Source of the DNA: an uncultured Acidobacteriota bacterium
GTDB taxonomy: Bacteria; Acidobacteriota; Terriglobia; UBA7540
Assembly: GCA_963804995.1 (NCBI GenBank)
Contig: CAWDSK010000006.1
Location: 1,760,001 to 1,824,000 of the forward strand
Direction of reading: 5' to 3'
Length of the DNA stretch: 64,000 nucleotides
Under the pieces are notes generated by a model. That model was given only the letters and a program-made list of their open reading frames with translations. It was not told where the DNA came from and did not search any database. Every line of letters begins with the position of its first letter. Position 1 is the stretch's first letter. The position numbers and the translations under genes were made by a program. Shown here one piece after another: positions 51,221 to 61,571 of this stretch.

Positions 51221-52285
51221 CTAGTTAACCTGTGAAATGGCTTTGGTTTCTTTGACTACAATTTCTTTCGGCAGTTTCGCGTAGCTCAGATTCTCCACCA
51301 TCCCCTGGCCGTCCTTCAGCATCCAGCGCAGAAAATCCGTGATGGCCTTCTTTTTGCCGGGATCGTCAATCTTACTGGGCACCAACAACCACGTGAAGGT
51401 GGAAATGGGGTAAGTTGCCTTCCCGGGCCCATCCGTGATGGAAACCCGGAAATCGTCCGGCATCGACTTCGCTGCCCCAGCCGCCGCGGCAGTGACGCTG
51501 TCCAAATTCGCCTTCACGAACACCCCCGCCGAATTTCGCACCTTGCCGTAGGCCATATTGTTCTGGACGGCGTAGATCAGCTCGACGTACCCAAAGGCGC
51601 CGGGCTGCTGCTTCACCAACCCCGCCACGCCCTCATTGCCTTTGCCGCCCAGTCCCACCGGCCAGTTGACGGCAGTGTTCTTGCCCACCTTGGTCTTCCA
51701 CTCTGGACTCACCTTGGAGAGATAATCAACCCAAACATAGGTCGTACCGCTGCCGTCCGACCGGTGCACCACAACAATGTCCAGGTCAGGCAGCTTCACG
51801 CCCGGGTTAGCGCTGGCGATGGCCTTATCGTTCCAATTGGTAATCTTTCCCAGGAAAATCCCGGCCAGTACGTCACCAGTAAAATTGAGCTCCTGGTTTG
51901 CTCCCGGAATGTTGTAAGTCGGGACAACCGCACCCATCACGGTCGGGAAGTGCAGGATTTTAATTTTGGCTTGACCCAACTGCTCGTCGGTCATGGGGCC
52001 GTCCGTGGCGCCGAAATCGACCGTGCCAGCCAGAACCTGCCGAATGCCGCCGCCCGAGCCAATCGATTGATAATTGAATTGCAGATCAGGATGAAGCTTG
52101 TGGTACTCGTCGAACCACTTGGAATAAATTGGGTACGGAAACGTTGCACCCGCTCCGTTAATCAGTGTCGCCGGAGCTGGTGCAGGCGCCGGGGCCGCCG
52201 AGGGAGAATTAACAAATGTGATCACTCCCGCAACCACCAGTACCGCGCCTAGAACAATACTTGTGATGGAACTTTTGAGATTCAT
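51221..52285 (-). CDS. pstS: Phosphate-binding protein
   Basis: GAGATFP, IGSGGG and HRSDGSGTT motifs. Confidence 0.96.
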   Translation of the reverse strand: MNLKSSITSIVLGAVLVVAGVITFVNSPSAAPAPAPAPATLINGAGATFPYPIYSKWFDEYHKLHPDLQFNYQSIGSGGGIRQVLAGTVDFGATDGPMTDEQLGQAKIKILHFPTVMGAVVPTYNIPGANQELNFTGDVLAGIFLGKITNWNDKAIASANPGVKLPDLDIVVVHRSDGSGTTYVWVDYLSKVSPEWKTKVGKNTAVNWPVGLGGKGNEGVAGLVKQQPGAFGYVELIYAVQNNMAYGKVRNSAGVFVKANLDSVTAAAAGAAKSMPDDFRVSITDGPGKATYPISTFTWLLVPSKIDDPGKKKAITDFLRWMLKDGQGMVENLSYAKLPKEIVVKETKAISQVN

Positions 52286-52317
52286 AGTTTGTTGCCTCCG
52301 CCGTTAGTGTGAGAAAA

Positions 52318-52420
52318 CTGTGTTACGGCTGAATTAACCCTTGGTTATTCCTAGATTTAGCTGCATGGCAGATCAATATTGTTGGGCCTGTATGTTACAA
52401 ACAGATTAAAGATGTGTTGC
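52318..52420 (-). promoter_or_regulatory. Candidate Pho-box-like 11-bp repeats
   Basis: Minus strand GCAACACATCT-TTAATCTGTTT-GTAACATACAG and TTAATTCAGCC-GTAACACAG upstream of pstS. Confidence 0.5.
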
Positions 52421-52485
52421 GAGAGGATAAAGGGGTAGGAGAGGGGTAAATTTGTCCGATTTATTTGGGCGGCATCCCCGGGACA

Positions 52486-52521
52486 TCGCAGACCCCAAAG
52501 AACGGGGGTCTGCGCCAGCCT
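52486..52521 (+). repeat. Empty copy of the group II intron target palindrome
   Basis: TCGCAGACCCCAAAGAACGGGGGTCTG|CGCCAGCCT matches the rejoined intron flanks. Confidence 0.85.
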
Positions 52522-52646
52522 TGTGGGGGGCTAACCCGCAATTCTCATCACGGCTTTGGAAGGGCGGGGTTTAATCCCCGTCGTTAAAGGCCCTTTCTGA
52601 TGGTTTCCGCGTCCGCCACGATCGAACCGCTTGTCGGGGCAAATTT

Positions 52647-52759
52647 CGGAGTGCGGGAGCTCGCTCCCGCTTTTTCTACCGCTGACTCGTCAGCGCTTAG
52701 TGATTCGCCGCGACGAGTCGCGGCGTCGGAAAGCGGCGACGAGTCGCCGCACTCCAAAC
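52647..52759. repeat. Family C-related REP cluster
   Basis: GGAGTGCGGGAGCTCGCTCCCGCTTT ... AAAGCGGCGACGAGTCGCCGCACTCC. Confidence 0.7.
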
Positions 52760-52871
52760 TTCGGTTCGCTTGCCCGTGGTGAGAATTGCGGGCTAATGAA
52801 TAACTGGCAGGGGACAACAAACAACTGACAACTGGCCACGGACCACGGACAGCTCTTCCAACCCACCCGCC

Positions 52872-54461
52872 TCAATGCAACTGCCCAAGCTGATAATTGA
52901 GGACCGCGTTTTGGGTCTCGTAATCGTACTTGGCGCTGGTGTTGGCGATTTGCGCCTGGGTGAGGTTCAATTGCGCCTGCGAAAGTTCCACAATCGAACT
53001 GAGCCCCAGATTGTAGCGCCCTTGTGCGAGTTGGAACGCCAGGGTGGCCTGCTCCAATAATTGAGCGGTGACGTCAAGCCGCTGGAACGCCGTGCCGGCA
53101 TCCAGCCACGCGGTGCGCACGTCGCGGGCGATGCGGTCCACCAAGTCGCGTGTCTCCTGGTCCGCCGCCTTGGCGCGCAGGTTGGCCTCCTGATGGCGGG
53201 CGGAAAAGAGGAATCCATTAAAGATCGGGATATTCACGTTGATGCCCGCCGCTGCGTAGCGGTCGGTAAGCGGAGCTTGATAAGCCGGCGTAAGGCCAGC
53301 CGCACCCGCCGCGCTGATGGTGGGCATCCACAAATCGCGTTCGGCGCGGGCATAACGCAGGGCGGCCTCTTCGCTGAAGCGGGCGCTCTGTAGGTCCGGC
53401 CGATTCTGCAGAGCCTGCGCGACGAGGTCCGTGGGGTCAGGGGGAGGCGCCGAGGGCATGGGTTCATCCACGAGGTTAAAGGGCTGAGGGGCGGCAAGCC
53501 CGAGGGCAGTGGCCAGATCCGCATAAGCCGCTTTTTCGTCGTTCTGCGCCTGGACCAGCAGCAGTTGCGCCTGCGCCAAATTTACCTTGGCGAAGCTGAC
53601 GTCCAGAAGAGACTTCAGCTTGTTCTTTTCGAGCGTGGTCACCTGCTCTGCCAGAATCTGGCGCGCCTTGACGGTCTCCTCCGCCACCTTGAGGACAGCC
53701 TCCGCGCGCAAGACGCCGAAGTAGGAGCGATTGACGCCCAGCAGCACATCCTGTTCAGTTTGCTTGGCGCTCAGGGAAGCGGCCTGCGCTCCCAGCCGGG
53801 CTGAGCCCACCAGGTTGGAAGTGCGCCCGAAGTCCGTAATGAGCTGGTTGACCATGAGACCGTTCGAATAACGGTTTAGGACGTTTGGGTCGTTCAGGAA
53901 GCCCGCGGCGATGCGGCTATTGGACATGGCCCCGGCCCCCGTCAAGCTGCCGTTGGCGGTCGGCAAGTAGGCGGATTTTGCTTCACGCGTCACTTGCTCA
54001 GCCGCCTGCGCATTGAAGGTGGCGGCCTGCAACACGGGATGATTCCGCAACGCCATCGCCTCCGCATCTTTCAAGGAAAGGTTGGGTGTTTGGGGTGGCG
54101 CAGCCAGAGCTGGGGCCATCACGAGCATCCCCAAAGTCACGGAGAAGACACGGAGAAAAAACTGTAGATCAACAGAATAGGGAATCGTAATTCCTAACCG
54201 CTTAACTCGAAGCGCTTTTCTCTGTGGTCTCTGTGCGCTCTGTGGTGAGTCTTTTCTCCGCGGCACGAGAAGGAAGGATTTCACCACAGAGGCCACAGAG
54301 GTCACAGAGAAGACACGGAGAAAAAACTGTAGATCAACAGAATAGGGAACCGTAATTCCTAACCGCTTAACTCGAAGCGCTTTTCTCTGTGGTCTCTGTG
54401 CTCTCTGTGGTGAGTCTTTTCTCTGCGGCACGAGATGAATTAATGTGAGAACATTTCTCAT
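52872..54461 (-). CDS. TolC-family outer membrane efflux protein with repeat-derived N-terminal insert
   Basis: LSLKDAEAMAL, AYLPT, IPIFNG and RYNLGLSSIVEL motifs; start overlaps the RND stop. Confidence 0.9.
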   Translation of the reverse strand: MRNVLTLIHLVPQRKDSPQRAQRPQRKALRVKRLGITVPYSVDLQFFLRVFSVTSVASVVKSFLLVPRRKDSPQSAQRPQRKALRVKRLGITIPYSVDLQFFLRVFSVTLGMLVMAPALAAPPQTPNLSLKDAEAMALRNHPVLQAATFNAQAAEQVTREAKSAYLPTANGSLTGAGAMSNSRIAAGFLNDPNVLNRYSNGLMVNQLITDFGRTSNLVGSARLGAQAASLSAKQTEQDVLLGVNRSYFGVLRAEAVLKVAEETVKARQILAEQVTTLEKNKLKSLLDVSFAKVNLAQAQLLLVQAQNDEKAAYADLATALGLAAPQPFNLVDEPMPSAPPPDPTDLVAQALQNRPDLQSARFSEEAALRYARAERDLWMPTISAAGAAGLTPAYQAPLTDRYAAAGINVNIPIFNGFLFSARHQEANLRAKAADQETRDLVDRIARDVRTAWLDAGTAFQRLDVTAQLLEQATLAFQLAQGRYNLGLSSIVELSQAQLNLTQAQIANTSAKYDYETQNAVLNYQLGQLH

Positions 54462-57400
54462 TCCCCAACCTCCTTGGGACCCAATGCCGGGCTTGCCTGC
54501 CGCCGGCCGTACACCAGCAGATAGGCGGCGGGAACAATAAAAATCGTCAACAGCACGGACGAAGTCAGGCCGCCGATAATGGCGCGCGCCATGGGTGTGT
54601 ACTGTTCGGCCCCCGTCCCCAATTTCATGGCCATGGGAATCATTCCGATGATGGTGGCGAGTGAAGTCATCAGGATGGGCCGCAGGCGCACGCGGCAGGC
54701 CGTAATCACGGCATCAGCGGGCGACATCCCTTGCGTCTCCAGGTTATGCGCGAAGTCCACAATCAGGATGCTGTTGGAATCGGCGATGCCCACCAGCATC
54801 AACACTCCCATCAGCGACATCACGTTCAGCGTGCTGTGGGTGAGCGGCAGGATAATCAGCACTCCCACAAAGCCCATAGGAATGGCCAGCATGATCAGGA
54901 AGGGGTCGACGAAGGAACGAAACTGCGCTACCAGGATGAGATACAGCAGCATGAAAGAGAGCAGGAAGCCCAGCCCGAAACTCTTGAAGGAGGCTTCCAT
55001 GCCATTCACCATGCCGCGCAGATTAACCCGCACGTTGCCCGGGATATCGGTCTTGCGCAGGATGCCCCGTATTTCATCGGTGAGTTTCCCCAGATCCTCT
55101 CCCTTGGGGGTCACATACACATCCGAAACCCGCTGAATCTGGTAATGGTCTACTTCCGTGGGCGACTGCAGCGGGGTGAGTTTCACGACGCTGTCGAGCG
55201 TCGTAGGCTCTTTCAGGTTAGGCGCCCGCAGCGGAATATTCTTCAGGTCCGCGGGGTTGTGAATCGCTGCTGACCCGTTCTCGAAGTATTGCACGGTCAG
55301 GAAGTAGTCATTGCCGGTTTTCCGGTCCACCCAGTAGTTGGGCGCAATCATCAGGTTGGAATTAAGGGCGGTGATGACATTGTCCACCACATCCTTCTGA
55401 CTCAGCCCCAACTCCCCGGCGTGTACGCGGTCCACATCCAAACGCAGCGCGGGATAGTTCATATCCTGCGGAATATAGACTTCGCCCACGCCCCGCAAAC
55501 CGCGGATCTGCCGGGCCAGGTCCTCCGCGATCCCATAGCTCTGCTCCAATCTCGAACTGCTCACCTGCACATCGATGGGCGCCGGCATTCCCATATTCAA
55601 AATCGCATCCACCATGGAGCCGCTGGAGAAGAACGTGCGAATCTCCGGATCGTGCTCCCTCAACTCCTCCTGCAACTTCTCCATATAATCGAAACTGCTG
55701 CGCCGGTGGTCATCCTGTAACTGCACTTGCACGGTAGCCGTGTATTCCCCGGCGTTGGTGGTATAGAGCGAGGAGAAATCCGGTGTCACGCCGATGTTCG
55801 AGACCACCAGCTTGAAGTCCTGGGGATCCACGGTCTTCCGGATCAGGTTCTCCACCTTGGCCACGTACTGCTCGGTCACTTCTATGCGCGTGCCGGTGGG
55901 GGCCTTCAGGTTGATGGTGAATTGCCCCGCATCGGTGCGCGGGAAGAAGGCCAAGCCCAGAAAGGGGTAGATGGCCAGGCTGGCCAGGAACACTCCCGCC
56001 AGGAGCGCGACGGTGCGCCCCGGATGCACCAGCGCCCGCCGCACCCAAGACTCGTAGAAATCCAGAAGCTTGTTGAATTGCCGGTTAAATCCGGCATTAA
56101 ACCTCTCCCACCGGGAACGGTCGGCCGGCGTGGTCGGCTCAATTTCGTACTCGCCTTCTTTCTTCCCCTCGGCGTGCGGCACCTGCTTCAAGAAACGCGA
56201 GCAGAACAGCGGAATTACCGTCATCGCCACCACAAAAGATGCGAGGAGCGACAGGCAGAAAGCCAGAGCCAGCGCGGAGAAGAGAAATTTGCTGACGCCA
56301 TAGAGAAACACCACGGGGAGAAAATCTCCCAACGTCCACCAGGGTTGCGGCGAGGACGGCCAGATTCACTTCCGCCCCTCCCACCTCCGCCGCCACCATG
56401 GGTAAGGCGCCCATCTCCAAATGGCGATAGATGTTTTCGAGCGAGATCACGGAATTATCGATGACACGTGAAAAAGCGAGCGCCAGTCCCCCCAGAATCA
56501 TGGTGTTCACGGTGCTGCCCATCAGATTCAGCGCCACAAACATGGTCAGGGCGGAAAGTGGAATGGAAAGCAAAACCGCTGTGGTGGCGCGAAAACTGCC
56601 GAGAAAAACCAGAATCATGATGCTGGTGAGCAGCAGTCCCAGCAGGCCCTCATGCAGCACGGTGTGGATCGCTTCCTTGACGTACACGGATTGATCGAAC
56701 ACTAGGGTGGCCGTCATCTGCTTGGGAATGTCAAACAGGTGGCCGAGCAGCGCCCGTACTCCGTCCACCACCTCGATGGTGTTGGTATCGCCCCCTTGCT
56801 TCATGATGGGGATGTAACTGGAGCGCTGGCCGTCTACCCGCACCACGTTGTACTGAATTTGATTGGCGTCTTCGGCGTGCCCCACGTCTCCCACCGTAAC
56901 CCAGGAGGTCCCCACCGTCTTGATGGGGATACTGTTCAAGTCCTTCACCTGGTCCACCAGGCTATTGGAATAAACGTAGAAGTCGGTAGGGCCCATCTTC
57001 ACATCCCCGGCGGGCAGAATCAGGTTCGATTGGTTCACCGCATCCACCACGTCCATGGGAGTCATCTGGCGTGAAAAGAGCTTGTAGGGGTCCACGTACA
57101 CCATGGCCTGCCGGTATTTCCCGCCAAAGGGCGGCGGTATCGTTGCCCCCTTCACCACCGCAATCTGGTTGCGGATGGCAAACTGGGCAAAGTCGTGAAG
57201 TTGGGTTTCGTTGAGCCCCTCTCCTTTCACCGTCACCAGGCAAACGGGGAGGCTGGAGGCATCGAACTTCAGCACCACGGGCGGCAGGGTGCCGGGCGGC
57301 AGGCGCTTCAGGTCGGCGAGGGCGAGGTTCGAGAGTTCCGTCACATCCGCGTCGGCGTTCGTCCCGGGCTGGAAATAGACCTTGATGATGCTGACGCCCA

Positions 57401-57650
57401 ACATCGAACGCGACTCCATGTGGTCGATACCGCTGGCCATGGTGAAAAAGCGCTCAAGGGGGTTGGTGATGTCGATTTCGATATCCTGCGGAGGCATGCC
57501 GGAGTAAAACGTCGCCACCACCACCTCGGGGATATTGATGGGGGGGAAAAGGTCCACCGGCATGCGCGCCACACTGGTCACACCCAGGAGCAGCAGCACC
57601 AGACAGCAGACGATGATGAAATACGGGTTGCGGATTGAAAATCTTGGCAT
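54458..57650 (-). CDS. RND efflux permease (AcrB/CzcA-like), frameshifted near 56330
   Basis: MPVDLFP, IDNSVISLENI, FFPRTDAGQF and RLRPILMTSLATIIGM, split over two frames. Confidence 0.92.
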
Positions 57651-57835
57651 AGGACTTCCACCCTCACCTTTTGAGGAGTAGCTTTCAGTTTTCAGCTGTC
57701 AGCTATCAGCTATCAGCTTTCAGCTCTCAGCTATCAGCTCTTTGTTGGACCGCCCTGAAGCGGGGGCCTAACCCCGCCCAGGCCAGCGGCCCACCAGCGT
57801 TAACCAATGTCCACGAAGTCCCTGGACACTACCCT

Positions 57836-58150
57836 AGCCCTCTCCGAGGGGAGAGGGTGGACCGCGGCCAGCGCTTTCACCAACTGGCGCGGGACGGGTG
57901 AGGGGTCACTTCGTCAGCTTCGCCCCACCTGAAGCATCACCCGGCCACGCAGCGCCAACCCGTTCGGAATTCGCAACAATCCCTACGGAGGGAAACCGCG
58001 TGTAATCGTCTCTTGCCGCGTCTTTCCGTCTCCGAATCGGCCGTGAGCGAATACGGCTCAATTCCTCGCACGGAATAACCCCTCACCCGTCGCGCTTCCC
58101 GATCAAGTGCATCGGGACAGCGCGCCACCCTCTCCCCTCGGAGAGGGCTA
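57836..58150 (-). pseudogene. Decayed DUF559 remnant flanked by family A half-elements
   Basis: Between repeats 57836-57907 and 58078-58150 the minus strand reads RSRPIRRRKDAARDDY..G / LLRIPNGLAL, resembling HGQPSQAKRDTRRDAL..GYVVTRFPNGMVL. Confidence 0.6.
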
Positions 58151-58221
58151 TGAGTTCAGACTTACGTCAGCCCTGGGTTTCGCCTATCCCGACTCTGTCG
58201 GGACTCGCACAAAGCGCTCGC

Positions 58222-58392
58222 TGCCTACTGCTTTCTGCCTACCGCCTACTGCTTTCCGCCTTCTGCCATCCGCCTTCCGCCTTCTGCCATCCGCCTTCTG
58301 CCTACCGCTTACTGCTTTCCGCCTTCTGCCTTCCGCCTTCTGCCTTCTGCTTTCTGCCTTCCGCCTTCCGCCTTCTGCTTTCCCCCCTACTG
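58222..58392. repeat. Long heptamer array (CTGCCTA/CCGCCTT/CTGCTTT)
   Basis: More than 20 degenerate tandem 7-mers. Confidence 0.9.
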
Positions 58393-59925
58393 CCCCACCC
58401 CGTGGTACTGCAGCATCTCAACAACCTGCGGACGCACTTCCTGGCCCGGCTTAAGACCGCTGCGGTCGCTCACAACCACCTCATCGCCCTCCGCGAGACC
58501 GGAAACAACTTCCGCATCGGTCGAGGTTTCAAGTCCCACCGTTACGACTCGAAGCTCAACCTTGCCGGCGGAATTCACCACATCCACGGTGGTCTGGCTG
58601 CCCTCACGGCTCACCGCCTCCAAAGGCACCACCAGCACGTTATCTTTCGCTTCCAGGGTTAGCGTGGTTTCCGCATACATTCCCGGCATCAAGAGCCGGT
58701 CGGAGTTGGGAACGTCGACCTCGGTGTGCATGGTGCGCGTGCCCTCCTGCACGTCCATGGAAAAACGGGCCACTTTGCCGGGAAAAGTACGGTTGAGAGC
58801 CGGCACCCGGACCTGGACGGCGTCTCCCACCCGGATGTAGCGCACCGAGGACTCGGGAACCGGGATAACCAATCGATACAAATCATCCTGGGATAATTTG
58901 ACCAGGGGCATGGCCTGGGTGCTGGAGCTCGTGCCCGCCTGCATCAAGGTTCCCAGGTTGGCGTAACGCTCGGTCACCACACCTGCGAACGGCGCGGTGA
59001 TGCGCGCGTAGTCGAACAGCGCCTGGTCGTGAACCAGTCTGGACCTATTCACCAGGAGCTGGCTTTCGGCGGCCGCCAGAGCTGACTCACCCGCGTCCAC
59101 CTGCGACGCTGCCGCCAGGTCTTTGCCCTGGGCATCGTCAACTTCCTGCTGCGCCACCAGGCCGGGCTGGCTTTCGAAGACGCTATTCAAGCGGGTAAAT
59201 TCGAGGTGAAGCACCCTGTACTGCGCCTGATACCGTTTCAGTTGGTGCTGGGCGCGGGAAACTTCGTCCGTGGCATTCTTGATGGAGGCCTGGTCCGTTT
59301 GCAATTGCGCCTCGAGCTCCGGTATTTCCAGCGTGGCCATCAGTTGACCCGCTTGCACGCGGCTGCCGTAATCGACGTACAACTTTTTGACGAACCCTGA
59401 CTCTTTCGCGTAAACGTCGATTTCCTGAAAGGGAACGAGCTCCGAGGAAAGCGTAATCTGCCGCTGCAAAGATTTCCGGGCTACTTTCGTCACCCCCACC
59501 GTGAGGACTGACTGGGACTCGCCCTTGGCTCGAACTTTTGTGCAGGAGGGGAGAAACACAAGTAAGATGGCGGCGAGGGCGACGGCTGCCCTGCGGCTAA
59601 AACTCCAATCAAGATTCGCTAAGCGCCAACTTCTTCTAAGCCTGCAAAAAATGGATTCACCACAGAGTACACAGAGACCACAGAGAAAAGAACTTATGTT
59701 TGCAGGGCCAGGGATAACGCTTCCTTCTTTTGAGACCCGCAGTTCTTTCTCCACATTCTCTCTGTGTCCTCCGTGTCCTCTGTGGTGAAATCTTTTTTGG
59801 GTTGCGGCCCGGTCGCGCCAGGTTAAATCTTTTCCGCCCACTGCGGCCAGAGAGAAAAGCCTTCCGGCAGTCCGTGGGAATCCGGCGCTACCAGGGAATC
59901 TCATTGTCTTAGTCATCGTTTCCAC
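58387..59925 (-). CDS. RND membrane fusion protein with repeat-derived N-terminal insert
   Basis: YAKESGFV, V.AGQ, ITAPFAGVVT and LMPGMYA; lipobox-like FLPSC; true start uncertain. Confidence 0.9.
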   Translation of the reverse strand: METMTKTMRFPGSAGFPRTAGRLFSLAAVGGKDLTWRDRAATQKRFHHRGHGGHRENVEKELRVSKEGSVIPGPANISSFLCGLCVLCGESIFCRLRRSWRLANLDWSFSRRAAVALAAILLVFLPSCTKVRAKGESQSVLTVGVTKVARKSLQRQITLSSELVPFQEIDVYAKESGFVKKLYVDYGSRVQAGQLMATLEIPELEAQLQTDQASIKNATDEVSRAQHQLKRYQAQYRVLHLEFTRLNSVFESQPGLVAQQEVDDAQGKDLAAASQVDAGESALAAAESQLLVNRSRLVHDQALFDYARITAPFAGVVTERYANLGTLMQAGTSSSTQAMPLVKLSQDDLYRLVIPVPESSVRYIRVGDAVQVRVPALNRTFPGKVARFSMDVQEGTRTMHTEVDVPNSDRLLMPGMYAETTLTLEAKDNVLVVPLEAVSREGSQTTVDVVNSAGKVELRVVTVGLETSTDAEVVSGLAEGDEVVVSDRSGLKPGQEVRPQVVEMLQYHGVGQ

Positions 59926-60653
59926 TCTTTTGCTCCATCCCGAAGGTGATCCGCATTAAAATCGAGTAAATCCTTTAGCGCCGCGCTGAGTTCCGCGGGC
60001 GTGGCGCCCGGCTTTTTCGATAAATCAATAACCTGCTGCTTCATCTCCGCGATCTTGCCGGCCACCGCGGGGAGGTCGGGCATGAGATGCTGTGGAACGG
60101 TAACAATGCCGTGCCGGTCGCCGTGAATTAATTCACCGGGCTGAATCGCGAGGCCCCCCACCTCCACGGGTCCGCCGAATTCCACCACGTGAATATAGGC
60201 TCGGGAGATAGCCAAACGCCCCGCGAAAACCTGAAAACCGGCGGCTTCGATGCCGGGCAACTCGCGCGCCGCTCCGTTGGTGACCACTCCCACACAGCCC
60301 ATGGCCGTCAGGATATTGGCGTGCACCTTGCCGAAGAACGCGCCGGTGCCGGGTGGGTCGTCAATGTCTTGCATCACCACTACGCGCGGCGCGGGAATTC
60401 CGCCAATGTGCTCCCACCAGTCGGTCCGTTCCTCGTAGCGGCTGCCCACGATGGGGGGATCCGCGGAACGAACTTTGCACGTAGCCGCGTAGCCTACCAT
60501 GGGAGGCAGGCTTTTGAAGAGACAGCGAAAGCCTCCGGTGGCAATCCCTTCGTTGCGCAAACGGACGCCGAAGCTTTCAATGGCATCCGCCATGACACAA
60601 GTGTCGATGGCCTGGAGCTGCTGGATTTGCTCGGCGGTCAAAGGACTGTGCAC
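59913..60653 (-). CDS. RraA/HMG-aldolase-family protein
   Basis: DTCVMADA, MVGYAAT, G..HA, VTNGAARE and PGELIHGDRHG motifs. Confidence 0.85.
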   Translation of the reverse strand: MHSPLTAEQIQQLQAIDTCVMADAIESFGVRLRNEGIATGGFRCLFKSLPPMVGYAATCKVRSADPPIVGSRYEERTDWWEHIGGIPAPRVVVMQDIDDPPGTGAFFGKVHANILTAMGCVGVVTNGAARELPGIEAAGFQVFAGRLAISRAYIHVVEFGGPVEVGGLAIQPGELIHGDRHGIVTVPQHLMPDLPAVAGKIAEMKQQVIDLSKKPGATPAELSAALKDLLDFNADHLRDGAKEWKR

Positions 60654-60904
60654 GACCCTACCCCCTCGAAGGAAGTCGAAAATCCGCCACGGAACCCCGG
60701 GCACTGACTGGTGACAACTGACACAATGTCAACAACGCCCTCAACGGTGAGCGCCCCCCGAGTGTCGGCGCGGGGTGTCCCACTTGTTGCCTTCCGCGGG
60801 GCATAGCGAGCGAGGTCCCACTTAAAACTGGAGGCGCTGGCGAAATTCACCCCGTGAAAAAAGCCAGAAGTTGGAAATCTCCTTGCCCCCATTAAGGAAC
60901 GGAA

Positions 60905-61243
60905 TTAACCAAGAGCCGGTGGAGATCGAAAATGGCGGATTTGTTCGACAAGGGAAAGAACCGGAGGGATTGTTTCTTCGCGCGGGAAATAGATCGAGAG
61001 GAGTGAGGCCGGCGAATCTTTCGGAGCAGGTTGGCGCGTGTGGGCCTCAGCAGTCACGCGCAGCTTGCAGATTTCCTGCGCCTCCGACTTGGTCATGTGA
61101 CCAGACTTCCAGAGGTGCCACGGTCCGGTCGACACGTGGAGGCAGGGCCTTCGAGTGGCCGTCGAAAGCACCACCACCCCAGCCAGTAAGAGCAGAATAC
61201 TGACCGCCAAAAAACGTCGAGAGCGCAGGACGATTCGCGTCAT
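60905..61243 (-). CDS. Small membrane-anchored hypothetical protein
   Basis: N-terminal TM segment; C-terminal FRSPP. Confidence 0.5.
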   Translation of the reverse strand: MTRIVLRSRRFLAVSILLLLAGVVVLSTATRRPCLHVSTGPWHLWKSGHMTKSEAQEICKLRVTAEAHTRQPAPKDSPASLLSIYFPREETIPPVLSLVEQIRHFRSPPALG

Positions 61244-61494
61244 GCTTTCAAAGAGGAATGCCAAAGGTGCCCCAGAACTTTCAACCTTTATAATGCCACT
61301 TAACTCGCCGTCCGGCAACACACTTCGGAATGAAACAGCGAAATCCCTCGCAGCTCAAGCGTTGCGGTTATGCTCCCGACGTGTGTCCATAGCATGCCTA
61401 TTGATTAGAAACACATTGAGTCCAAGAAGATGCCTGAGGGGAAATTCCCAGGGTGCGGGCGCGCTGAAAAGGTTCTTCGGATTTAGGAGGAATC

Positions 61495-61540
61495 AGCATT
61501 CACTTCAGTGTGAGCCGAGACCCACACTGAAGTGATGCTG
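61495..61540. terminator. Long stem-loop downstream of the porin gene
   Basis: CAGCATTCACTTCAGTGTG ... CACACTGAAGTGATGCTG. Confidence 0.55.
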
Positions 61541-61571
61541 TGTTTGACCCAATGACCCCGCGAGGGGCTGC

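Noticed and set aside
58107..58662. Low-complexity ORFs (LLPSAF/CLLPTA repeats), also at 30863-31165
   Set aside because: Translations of heptamer arrays
60720..60890. Possible riboswitch upstream of the RraA-like gene
   Set aside because: GC-rich stems but no recognisable aptamer consensus
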